A stretch of 64,000 bases of DNA, taken from the NCBI RefSeq assembly GCF_009931435.1, contig NZ_CP043414.1; one strand, 5' to 3'. Below the pieces are notes generated by a model. It had not been told where the DNA came from. It was given only the letters and a program-made list of their open reading frames with translations, and searched no databases. Of the stretch, positions 55,990 through 64,000 are shown one piece after another. A program made the position numbers and the translations under genes. Source of the stretch: Escherichia coli (lineage in GTDB: Bacteria > Pseudomonadota > Gammaproteobacteria > Enterobacterales > Enterobacteriaceae). How positions within the stretch are numbered: position 1 is the first letter of the stretch; each line of letters starts with the position of its first letter.

Positions 55990-56245
55990 CGCCATAGCCG
56001 CTAAATCTGATGATTAAGCTCACACAATTTCAACGATTTTTTTAATCTCAAAACCATACAGCATCAAAAAATTTGTTGCTGTATGCCACTCTTTGACTCC
56101 CTTCACATTCGTCATCACACCACCTGTTGAATGCAAAAATTTCGTTGCTGTGCGGCAAACTTTTTTCCTGTTTTATGCCGCTTTTCTCCTGAATACTCGC
56201 TCTCAGAACAACTGGATCGTTTAAACATCAGACAGGAGATTTACC

Positions 56246-56914
56246 ATGACGCAATCCATTTTTCAGGCTCAACCCTTTGAATTACCTTTTGATCCGCGCA
56301 CAACTGCACTGGTCATGATCGACATGCAGCGTGACTTTGTCGAAGCAGGGGGCTTCGGTGAGGCACTGGGCAATGATGTTTCACTGGTACGCACGGCTAT
56401 CGCACCATGTACAGAGGTGCTGGCAGCCGCACGTCAAAAAGGAATTATGGTTATTCATACTCGTGAAGGCCATCGTGCAGACTTAAGCGACTGCCCGCCA
56501 GCCAAACTGACGCGCGGCGGAAAAACCTTTATTGGTGAACCAGGACCGATGGGACGCATTCTGGTCAGAGGTGAAGCGGGTCATGACATCATTCCTGAAC
56601 TGTACCCAGTGACAGGCGAACCGGTGATTGATAAGCCCGGTAAAGGCGCTTTTTATCAAACCGACTTACATCTGATTTTGCAAAACCACGGTATCAAGAC
56701 GCTGATAGTTTGTGGTGTAACAACCGAAGTTTGCGTAACCACCACCGTGCGCGAAGCAAATGACCGTGGCTATGAATGCATTATCCCGGAAGATTGTGTC
56801 GGCTCATATTTCCCGGAATTCCAGAAATATGCCCTCGAGATGATCAAAGCACAAGGTGCCATTTTCGGTTGGGTGAGTGATTCCAAAGCCATTATTGCAG
56901 GTCTGGAAGGCTAA
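56246..56914 (+). CDS. isochorismatase-family cysteine hydrolase (RutB/BiuH-like amidohydrolase)
   Basis: 222 aa; D-K-C triad context (ALVMIDMQRDF, DKPGKGAF, VCGVTTEVC) and a C-terminal FGWVSDS block resembling RutB as I recall it. Confidence 0.75.
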   Translation: MTQSIFQAQPFELPFDPRTTALVMIDMQRDFVEAGGFGEALGNDVSLVRTAIAPCTEVLAAARQKGIMVIHTREGHRADLSDCPPAKLTRGGKTFIGEPGPMGRILVRGEAGHDIIPELYPVTGEPVIDKPGKGAFYQTDLHLILQNHGIKTLIVCGVTTEVCVTTTVREANDRGYECIIPEDCVGSYFPEFQKYALEMIKAQGAIFGWVSDSKAIIAGLEG

Positions 56915-56919
56915 CGCCG

Positions 56920-57780
56920 ATGGTACAGGTGACGCTTTGCGCATCATCGTTGGGATATCTTTTCCCGCAAAATGAAACGCAAGATTTACGTCTGCATAGT
57001 GCTTTTAAACATGCGGTAAATCTGTATTCAGAAGCGGGAACATTCATCACTCTGTTGTGTGCGCAAACGTATCTGAATCTCCCTGATGCCGCCAGAGTCA
57101 ACCTGCCTGAGAATTGGGACTGGCGAAGAGAGATTGCCCATTCAGATCCCATTCAGTTAACCCCAGGCTTGTTACAAACACCTCGCTTTTGCGTGGTGCT
57201 TCATAACACAACACTTTGGCAACCGCCATTTGTGGGGGGAATGCTGACACTTGAGGCATTCCCTTTGGTTTTCCAGCACTACCCAACGATGGCATCGCAA
57301 CGGCTTTTATTTTGTCTGGAGCATAACGTTCAAAGCACATTGCACCTGCCGGATAGTCTCACGCACCAGGGATTAGCGATTATGGAACATCCAGATGCAC
57401 TGGAACGCCAGGTGCCACAACTGATCGGCTTTGGTAAAGGCTTAACGCCCGATGGAGATGACTATTTGTTGGGCTATCTGGCAGCGCTCTGGTTATGGCA
57501 ACTCCCTGCAACACTTGCCGATCATCAATACCGGTTGCAGCAGGCAATTGATCAACATGCGCACAACACCACGGATATCAGTCGTCATTATCTGGAGCGT
57601 GCGCTTCAGGGGCATTTTTCAGAACCGATTTGCCAGTTACTCGCACAACTGGTTGGGGGCGCATCGGAAATGACAATCGCATCCTGTGCAGAACAGGTCA
57701 TGCAATTTGGCGCAACGTCAGGAGTAGATTGCCTTGCAGGAATGCTGCATGGCTTTCGAACCCTGAACACCATGAATTGA
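56920..57780 (+). CDS. DUF2877-like protein (YlbF/YahE-like putative carbamoyltransferase subunit)
   Basis: 286 aa, 6 bp after the hydrolase gene; GFGKGLTPDGDDYLLG motif; assignment to DUF2877 is from memory of the LTPxGDD signature and the conserved position next to FdrA-like/DUF1116 genes. Confidence 0.55.
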   Translation: MVQVTLCASSLGYLFPQNETQDLRLHSAFKHAVNLYSEAGTFITLLCAQTYLNLPDAARVNLPENWDWRREIAHSDPIQLTPGLLQTPRFCVVLHNTTLWQPPFVGGMLTLEAFPLVFQHYPTMASQRLLFCLEHNVQSTLHLPDSLTHQGLAIMEHPDALERQVPQLIGFGKGLTPDGDDYLLGYLAALWLWQLPATLADHQYRLQQAIDQHAHNTTDISRHYLERALQGHFSEPICQLLAQLVGGASEMTIASCAEQVMQFGATSGVDCLAGMLHGFRTLNTMN

Positions 57781-57874
57781 TTTCAACCTTTTCTCCCGTA
57801 GCCCATTTATGGCGCTACACGGGGATGCTTTGCCCGAATTTTGCTATCGGGCGGAATAAAACAGGCGTAACAGC

Positions 57875-59434
57875 ATGAAAGTTAAATATAAAGTTTTCAG
57901 CAATCTTTATCAGGACTCGGTTTCTCTGATGCAGATTTCCGCGCAAATCAGTAAGTTGCCCGGTATTCAACAGGCCTCGGTCGTCATGGGAACACCCAAT
58001 AATCTCGAACAATTGCGCGATGCGGGTCTGGGTAACGAAATCAACGCCAGTCCCAATGATTTAGTGATTGCAGTCATGGGTGAAGAAGATATTTGCAATG
58101 AAGCACTGATACTGGCCCAGCAACGTCTGACCAGCAAACCCGATGATGAAACGGATAGTGGCATTAAAACACCGGAAAATGTCAGCCTGGAAATGGCACT
58201 GGAAGCCGACACCGAAGCCAACCTGGCACTCATTTCTGTACCGGGAGACTACGCCGCCGCCGAAGCAATTAAAGCGTTAAACCTCGGAATGAACGTGATG
58301 ATGTTCAGCGATAACGTCAGTATCGGGCAGGAAAAATCCATCAAAACACTTGCCCGAGAACGTCAGCGCATCGTAATGGGACCTGATTGTGGAACCGCCA
58401 TTGTTAACGGCATTCCGTTAGGCTTCGCTAATGTGGTGAAACGCGGAGCAATTGGTGTTATTGGCGCGTCAGGCACCGGGCTACAGGAAGTGACTTGCCG
58501 AATCGACCAGCTCGGAGCGGGTATTTCTCAGGCGTTGGGAACAGGCGGGCATGATCTCAGTGAAGAGATTGGTGGAATATCGATGCTCTTCGCTTTAGAT
58601 GCGCTGGCGCAAGACGATGAAACTCGCGTGATTGTGCTTATTTCAAAACCGCCTTCACCGATCGTTGCCCGGGCTATTCTGGAGCGCGCCGAGGCTTGTG
58701 GAAAACCCGTGGTGGTGAATTTCCTCGGTGCGAATCCGCATGATCTGGCACGTCCCAATATCACCGCTGCCGCCACACTTGCCAGCGCCGCAAATATCGC
58801 CGTGGCAGTACTGAATGATCAGCCACTTCCGACTGTCGAGACCGAGATTTCCTGCGACGATCTCACAATGTTACAAAACGCCTGCCAGCGTCTGCCAGCC
58901 CATCGCCAGGCGATACGCGGTGTTTTCGCCGGAGGAACCTTCTGTTACGAAGCGCAACTTATCTGCCAGCAAAAGGGATTCAGCGCCGCCTCCAATACGC
59001 CAGTTGCGGGTAATCGTACTCTGGCAAATATCTGGCAAAGCAAAGGTCACACGCTGATCGATATGGGCGACGATGATTTCACCCGTGGCAAACCGCATCC
59101 AATGATCGACCCGACTCTGCGCAATCAACGTCTGCTCAACGAACTCAACGACTCACACACTGCCGTCGTGTTATTCGACCTGGTACTTGGTTATGGCGCT
59201 TCCGCTACGCCTGCCAGCGAATTACTGGACCAACTTTCACACATCGACATGAATAACGCACCGTTGCTGATTGCGCACGTTTGCGGAACGGAAGCTGATC
59301 CGCAAATACGCAGTCAGCAGATAAGCGCACTACAAAATGCGGGCATCATCATTGCCAGCAGCAATGCACAGGCGGCGCTATGGGCCAGCGCCGTTGCGCA
59401 GACTCAGTTGCAGAAAAAGGGGCTAAACGCATGA
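57875..59434 (+). CDS. FdrA-like protein (CoA-binding/succinyl-CoA-synthetase-like fold)
   Basis: 519 aa; N-terminus YQDSVSLMQISAQISKLPGIQQASVVMGTPNN aligns with E. coli FdrA; internal NVMMFSDNV, MGPDCGT and VIGASGTG motifs. Confidence 0.8.
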   Translation: MKVKYKVFSNLYQDSVSLMQISAQISKLPGIQQASVVMGTPNNLEQLRDAGLGNEINASPNDLVIAVMGEEDICNEALILAQQRLTSKPDDETDSGIKTPENVSLEMALEADTEANLALISVPGDYAAAEAIKALNLGMNVMMFSDNVSIGQEKSIKTLARERQRIVMGPDCGTAIVNGIPLGFANVVKRGAIGVIGASGTGLQEVTCRIDQLGAGISQALGTGGHDLSEEIGGISMLFALDALAQDDETRVIVLISKPPSPIVARAILERAEACGKPVVVNFLGANPHDLARPNITAAATLASAANIAVAVLNDQPLPTVETEISCDDLTMLQNACQRLPAHRQAIRGVFAGGTFCYEAQLICQQKGFSAASNTPVAGNRTLANIWQSKGHTLIDMGDDDFTRGKPHPMIDPTLRNQRLLNELNDSHTAVVLFDLVLGYGASATPASELLDQLSHIDMNNAPLLIAHVCGTEADPQIRSQQISALQNAGIIIASSNAQAALWASAVAQTQLQKKGLNA

Positions 59435-60855
59435 ATACCTTATTTAATCAGCCTTTGAAGGTCGTGAACGCGGGACTACACAGTTTTGCTGACAATATTC
59501 AACATGCCGGGGGAAGCGCAATTGCACTCAACTGGCAGCCACCAGCACAAGGCGATATTGACGCTGGATTGGATCTGGCATCGTTGCTACGTCATCCACT
59601 AGTAGAAAATGCCAATCAAATCGCCATGACACGTTATCTCGAAGCACAACCCGTGCTGGTGGATGTCATGCTCGCTAAAGAGGCCATTCCAGCAATGGCT
59701 GAACAAAAACGTATTTTGCACTCTGGTCCGCCGATTGCCTGGGAAGAGATGTGTGGTCCGGTAAAAGGGGCGATTATTGGTGCCATGCTGTACGAAGGTT
59801 GGGCCACCAGCCAGCAAGACGCTGAAAACCAGATAAACACAGGCGAAATCGACCTTGCCCCTTGTCATCATTATCACGCGGTTGGACCAATGGCAGGCAT
59901 CATCAGCCCGTCGATGCCGTTATGGGTGGTAGAAAACAAAACCAACGGCCACCGTACTTTTAGCAATTTCAATGAAGGTCTGGGTAAGGTTCTCCGTTTT
60001 GGTGCCAATAACGATGAAGTTCTCAATCGTCTGGCCTGGATGCGCGATGAACTGGCACCGGCAATGAAAGCAGCAATCGCACAACACGGCGAGCTGGAAC
60101 TCAAGCCATTAATGGCGCAGGCGCTGCATATGGGGGATGAAGTTCATAACCGCAATGCTGCCGCTACCGGTTTGCTGATTAAGCGCCTGCTCCCGGCATT
60201 GCTGGCCTGCTCTATTCCACAGGAACATATCCAGCGCGTCGTGGCATTTATCACCAGTAACGATCACTTCTTCCTCAATCTGTCGATGGCTGCCTGTAAA
60301 GCGATGATGGATGCCGCCGCCAATGTACCGTTCAGTTCAATGGTTACGGTGATGGCGCGTAACGGGGTGAATTTTGGTATTCGGCTTTCCGGTACTGGCG
60401 ATCGCTGGTTCCAGGCTCCTGCCAATGCAGTTGAAGGTCTGTTCTTCCCCGGATTTGGCGTCGACGATGCCGCTGCTGACCTGGGTGATAGCGCAATTAC
60501 CGAAACCGCAGGTGTGGGTGGCTTCGCGATGGCGTCATCTCCAGCGATCGTCAAATTTGTGGGAGGCACCCCTGCCGATGCCACCAATAACAGCCGTAGG
60601 ATGCAAGCAATCACCCTCGGTGGTAACCCCGCATTTACACTTCCTGCCCTCAATTTTGCCCCCACCGCAGCAGGGATTGATGCGCGTAAAGTGACCGATC
60701 GCGGCATTTTACCGGTCATCAATACGGGTATCGCCCACAAACAAGCGGGGGTCGGGCAAATTGGTGCCGGGATCACCACTGCGCCGATGGCCTGTTTTGT
60801 CGCCGCTGTACGTGCACTGTCTGAGATCGTCGCAAAGGAGAACCATCATGGTTAA
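59431..60855 (+). CDS. DUF1116-family protein (YlbE/YahG-like)
   Basis: Start at MNTLFNQPLKV, overlapping the FdrA-like stop (ATGA); 474 aa; family call from memory. Confidence 0.7.
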   Translation: MNTLFNQPLKVVNAGLHSFADNIQHAGGSAIALNWQPPAQGDIDAGLDLASLLRHPLVENANQIAMTRYLEAQPVLVDVMLAKEAIPAMAEQKRILHSGPPIAWEEMCGPVKGAIIGAMLYEGWATSQQDAENQINTGEIDLAPCHHYHAVGPMAGIISPSMPLWVVENKTNGHRTFSNFNEGLGKVLRFGANNDEVLNRLAWMRDELAPAMKAAIAQHGELELKPLMAQALHMGDEVHNRNAAATGLLIKRLLPALLACSIPQEHIQRVVAFITSNDHFFLNLSMAACKAMMDAAANVPFSSMVTVMARNGVNFGIRLSGTGDRWFQAPANAVEGLFFPGFGVDDAAADLGDSAITETAGVGGFAMASSPAIVKFVGGTPADATNNSRRMQAITLGGNPAFTLPALNFAPTAAGIDARKVTDRGILPVINTGIAHKQAGVGQIGAGITTAPMACFVAAVRALSEIVAKENHHG

Positions 60856-61804
60856 GCCACTGGCTGTTGTCGCAGTTGGCGGCAATGCGCTCATTCAGGA
60901 CGAGCAACGCAATAGTATTCCCGATCAATATGTTGCAGTGATGGAAAGCGTGCAGCATATCGTTGATATGGTTGAAGCCGGATGGGACCTGGTGCTTACC
61001 CACGGTAATGGCCCGCAGGTGGGCTTTATTCTGCGCCGCTCTGAACTCGCCAGTAACGAAGTTTCTCCGGTTCCACTTGATTACGCCGTGGGTGATACAC
61101 AAGGTGCAATTGGCTACATGTTCCAGAAAGCGCTGCATAACGAATTGGCTCGCCGTGGCATAAACAAACCGGTAATTGCGCTGGTGACACAAACGCGAGT
61201 CTGCCCACATGACGATGCTTTCACCAGCCCCAGTAAACCGATTGGCGCGTTTCTCGATGAAGCAACGGCCCTACAACGCCAACAGCAACTCGGCTGGACG
61301 CTGATGGAGGACGCCGGGCGTGGTTGGCGGCGTACAGTTCCCTCTCCTGCGCCACTGGAAATTATTGAGCACGACACCATCGCTCACCTGGTGCGCCAGG
61401 GATATCTGGTTATTGCCTGCGGCGGTGGCGGTATTCCGGTGGTGCGAGACGGACAACAACTGAAAGGTGTGGAAGCCGTGATCGATAAAGATCTGGCCTC
61501 CGCGCTGCTCGCCAGTCAGTTAGGCGCAGATCTGCTGGTGATCCCCACCGGTGTAGAAAAAGTGGCGATTAACTTTGGTACACCACAACAACAGTGGCTC
61601 GACGCTATCAGCGTTGCCGAAGCGCAAACGCTGTTACGGGAAGGTCAGTTTGGTGTCGGCAGTATGCAGCCCAAAGTGGAAGCCATTGTTGATTTCATCA
61701 ATGCCAGCCAACAACAAGGCAAACAGGCCAGCGGCCTGATTACTTCACCGCAAACCATAAAAGCAGCCCTTTCGCATCAGAGCGGCACATGGATAACCCT
61801 TTAA
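60848..61804 (+). CDS. carbamate kinase
   Basis: 318 aa; VVAVGGNAL and THGNGPQVG amino-acid-kinase motifs; 8-bp overlap with the upstream gene. Confidence 0.85.
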   Translation: MVKPLAVVAVGGNALIQDEQRNSIPDQYVAVMESVQHIVDMVEAGWDLVLTHGNGPQVGFILRRSELASNEVSPVPLDYAVGDTQGAIGYMFQKALHNELARRGINKPVIALVTQTRVCPHDDAFTSPSKPIGAFLDEATALQRQQQLGWTLMEDAGRGWRRTVPSPAPLEIIEHDTIAHLVRQGYLVIACGGGGIPVVRDGQQLKGVEAVIDKDLASALLASQLGADLLVIPTGVEKVAINFGTPQQQWLDAISVAEAQTLLREGQFGVGSMQPKVEAIVDFINASQQQGKQASGLITSPQTIKAALSHQSGTWITL

Positions 61805-61820
61805 TTCTCTGGAGAACTCA

Positions 61821-62210
61821 ATGACTACAACACTTTTAGCCGTTAACGGAACGCTGATGCGTGGCCTGGAACTCAACCCAAATATGCAAAAAGCGGGCGG
61901 CATTTTTGTCCGTGAAGACCGAACTGACGCCCATTACAGGTTGTGGAGTATTAACGATCGTCATCCGGGAATGATTCGCGTGAATGAAGGAGGAACACAC
62001 GTCGACGTAGAAATTTGGCAATTACCACTGACCAGTTTTGCCGCTCTGTTAATGAGCGAACCCGCTGGGCTGGCAATTGGCAAAATCAAACTTGCCGATG
62101 GTAGCGAAGTGCTGGGCGTACTGGCAGAAAACTGGCTGACCGAAGGCCAACGGGAAATTACAGAACTGGGTAGCTGGCGCAAATACACCGGGCATTTTCA
62201 TACTGTGTAA
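61821..62210 (+). CDS. small cytoplasmic protein of unknown function (possibly GGCT/AIG2-like or allophanate-hydrolase C-terminal-domain-like)
   Basis: 129 aa, no TM segment; NGTLMRG near the N-terminus weakly resembles the YGSL(x)RG motif of gamma-glutamyl cyclotransferase-like folds. Confidence 0.45.
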   Translation: MTTTLLAVNGTLMRGLELNPNMQKAGGIFVREDRTDAHYRLWSINDRHPGMIRVNEGGTHVDVEIWQLPLTSFAALLMSEPAGLAIGKIKLADGSEVLGVLAENWLTEGQREITELGSWRKYTGHFHTV

Positions 62211-62235
62211 CGCGCATTTTTAAAGGGAACATACT

Positions 62236-63459
62236 ATGCGTAAAAAAGAAGAGAATCTGAATACAGCATCAGGATTGCGTATTGCCATGATTTTACTGGG
62301 TATTGCCGTCACACCTGTGCTGTTGTCATCCTCAAGCCTCGGCAATCAACTTTCCAGCGGCAGTTTAATTAGCGTCGTATTGTTAGGCGGCGTCATTCTG
62401 ACCTTACTTTCAGCCATCACCATTAGCGTGGGAGAAAAAGCCCGCCTGCCAACGTATGGCATTGTGAAATATTCGTTTGGCGAAAAAGGGGCCATCGCCA
62501 TTAACATTTTGATGGCGATAAGTCTGTTCGGCTGGATTGCCGTTACCGCCAATATGTTTGGTCATTCGGTACATGACTTACTGGCTCAACATGGACTGGA
62601 AGTTCCACTAGCACTGTTAGTGGCTGCTGGCTGTGTCATTTTTGTCGCCTCTACAGCATTTGGTTTTGCCGTTCTGGGAAAAATTGCCCAGGTTGCCGTG
62701 CCGGTTATCGCGCTGGTGCTGTGTTACATCCTCTATGTGGCAACCCATACCGAAGTGGCAGCACCAGCGGTGATTGTGGAGATGAATACGGGTGTCGCTG
62801 TTTCCACCGTTGTTGGCACCATTATTGTGCTGGTTGCCACACTGCCTGATTTCGGTAGTTTTGTGCATAACCGCAAACATGCGCTGATTGCCGCAGGCGT
62901 GACGTTTCTGGTTGCCTACCCTCTGCTCTACTGGGCGGGAGCAACGCCGAGCGCCATTAGTGGTCAGGGATCTTTACTGGGTGCGATGGCGGTATTCGGT
63001 GCGGTTCTGCCCGCGGCGCTGTTGTTGATTTTCGCCTGCGTCACCGGTAACGCGGGCAATATGTTCCAGGGCACGCTGGTGGTTTCCACACTGCTTACCC
63101 ACTTTCCCAAATGGCAGATTACCGTGGCGCTGGGTATCCTTTCCGCCATCGTAGGCAGTCTGGATATTATGGCGTGGTTTATTCCGTTTCTGCTGTTCCT
63201 GGGTATCGCCACGCCACCCGTTGCCGGAATTTATATCGCTGACTTTTTCCTTTATCGCCGTAATGGCTATCAAGAGTCAGTGTTAGCCCAGGAGTCACAG
63301 ATCAAAGTGCTGACATTCGCAGCATGGATCATAGGTGCAGCGGTTGGCTTTATGACCGTAAAAGGCTTATTCACCCTGACGACAATCCCTTCGGTAGACT
63401 CGATTCTGGTGGCATGTATCGCGTATGCGATTCTCAGTCGGGCAAGTCAACGCCGCTAA
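62236..63459 (+). CDS. NCS1-family nucleobase permease (CodB-like)
   Basis: 407-aa polytopic protein; C-terminal ATPPVAGIYIADFFLYRRNG resembles CodB AIPPVGGVIIADYLMNRR. Confidence 0.8.
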   Translation: MRKKEENLNTASGLRIAMILLGIAVTPVLLSSSSLGNQLSSGSLISVVLLGGVILTLLSAITISVGEKARLPTYGIVKYSFGEKGAIAINILMAISLFGWIAVTANMFGHSVHDLLAQHGLEVPLALLVAAGCVIFVASTAFGFAVLGKIAQVAVPVIALVLCYILYVATHTEVAAPAVIVEMNTGVAVSTVVGTIIVLVATLPDFGSFVHNRKHALIAAGVTFLVAYPLLYWAGATPSAISGQGSLLGAMAVFGAVLPAALLLIFACVTGNAGNMFQGTLVVSTLLTHFPKWQITVALGILSAIVGSLDIMAWFIPFLLFLGIATPPVAGIYIADFFLYRRNGYQESVLAQESQIKVLTFAAWIIGAAVGFMTVKGLFTLTTIPSVDSILVACIAYAILSRASQRR

Positions 63460-63536
63460 TTCCTGGGTATACTCAGGCAATGATTACGGCTGAATCTGGA
63501 GAGATTCAGCCACTTTACCACTGACCAGGGAGCCTT

Positions 63537-64000
63537 ATGTTCATCTCAGACGAAACGCTTCGTGTTATTCATCTGGTCGCCAGACACCAGAGCATTACCA
63601 CCGCAGCCGAACAGTTAAATAAAGTCCCTTCCGCCATCAGTTACACCATCAAGAAAGTGGAAGAGAGCCTGGGCGTTGAACTGTTCATTCGTAAGGGACG
63701 CTATATTGAATTATCTCCGGCGGGGAGTTACTTCATCGAACATAGCAAAACTATTCTGGGCGACCTGGAAGCATTAAAGCGCAACACAGTGCTGATTCAC
63801 GATGGTATTGAACGTGAACTGACAATTGCGGTGAACAATATTATTCCTGGTGATTTGCTGGTGGCATTTATTCGAGATTTTGAACGGCAATTCACATCAA
63901 CAACACTGACGGTAGATCTTGAGGTATACAACGGCTGCTGGGATGCGCTGTACAGTAAGCGTGCTGATCTGGTCTACGGTGCTCCTCATGCAGTGCCAAG
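63537..64000 (+). CDS. LysR-family transcriptional regulator, 5' part (continues beyond window)
   Basis: N-terminal HTH (LRVIHLVARHQSITTAAEQLNKVPSAISYTIKKVEESLGVELF); not MetR by sequence. Confidence 0.8.
   Translation, partial: MFISDETLRVIHLVARHQSITTAAEQLNKVPSAISYTIKKVEESLGVELFIRKGRYIELSPAGSYFIEHSKTILGDLEALKRNTVLIHDGIERELTIAVNNIIPGDLLVAFIRDFERQFTSTTLTVDLEVYNGCWDALYSKRADLVYGAPHAVP

Noticed and set aside
48390-64000. Prophage or integrative element origin for the two islands
   Set aside because: No integrase, recombinase, phage structural genes, IS elements or tRNA attachment sites are present; gene content is purely metabolic.

Overview
This window is an Escherichia coli-type chromosomal segment (the reverse complement of the K-12 yihP...metE neighbourhood, order recalled from memory, not searched). 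The core genes run yihP'-yihO-ompL-yihN-yihM-yihL-typA-glnALG-yshB-hemN-yihI-csrC-engB-spf-polA-yihG-yihF-dsbA-srkA-yihD-mobAB, then a complete rrnA-type rRNA operon on the minus strand (16S, tRNA-Ile, tRNA-Ala, 23S, 5S), then hemG-trkH-yigZ-pepQ-fadBA-fre-ubiD-rfaH-tatDCBA-ubiB-ubiJ-ubiE-rmuC, udp and ysgA. Two gene blocks interrupt this order and are absent from the K-12 arrangement as I recall it. Island 1 (about 48.4-54.1 kb, between rmuC and udp) is a six-gene operon: IclR-family regulator, DgoK-like kinase, DgoA-like aldolase and a TctCBA tripartite tricarboxylate transporter. Island 2 (about 56.0 kb to the window end, after ysgA) is the strongest candidate for an undescribed system: a tightly packed operon of a RutB-like cysteine hydrolase, a DUF2877-like protein, an FdrA-like protein, a DUF1116 protein, a carbamate kinase, a small 129-aa protein, a CodB-like permease and a LysR regulator. 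I read it as an ATP-yielding catabolic route for a ureido or N-carbamoyl compound; this is inference from gene content only. Neither island carries an integrase, IS element or flanking tRNA. All family assignments come from reading the translations; no database search, GC or codon-usage calculation was run.
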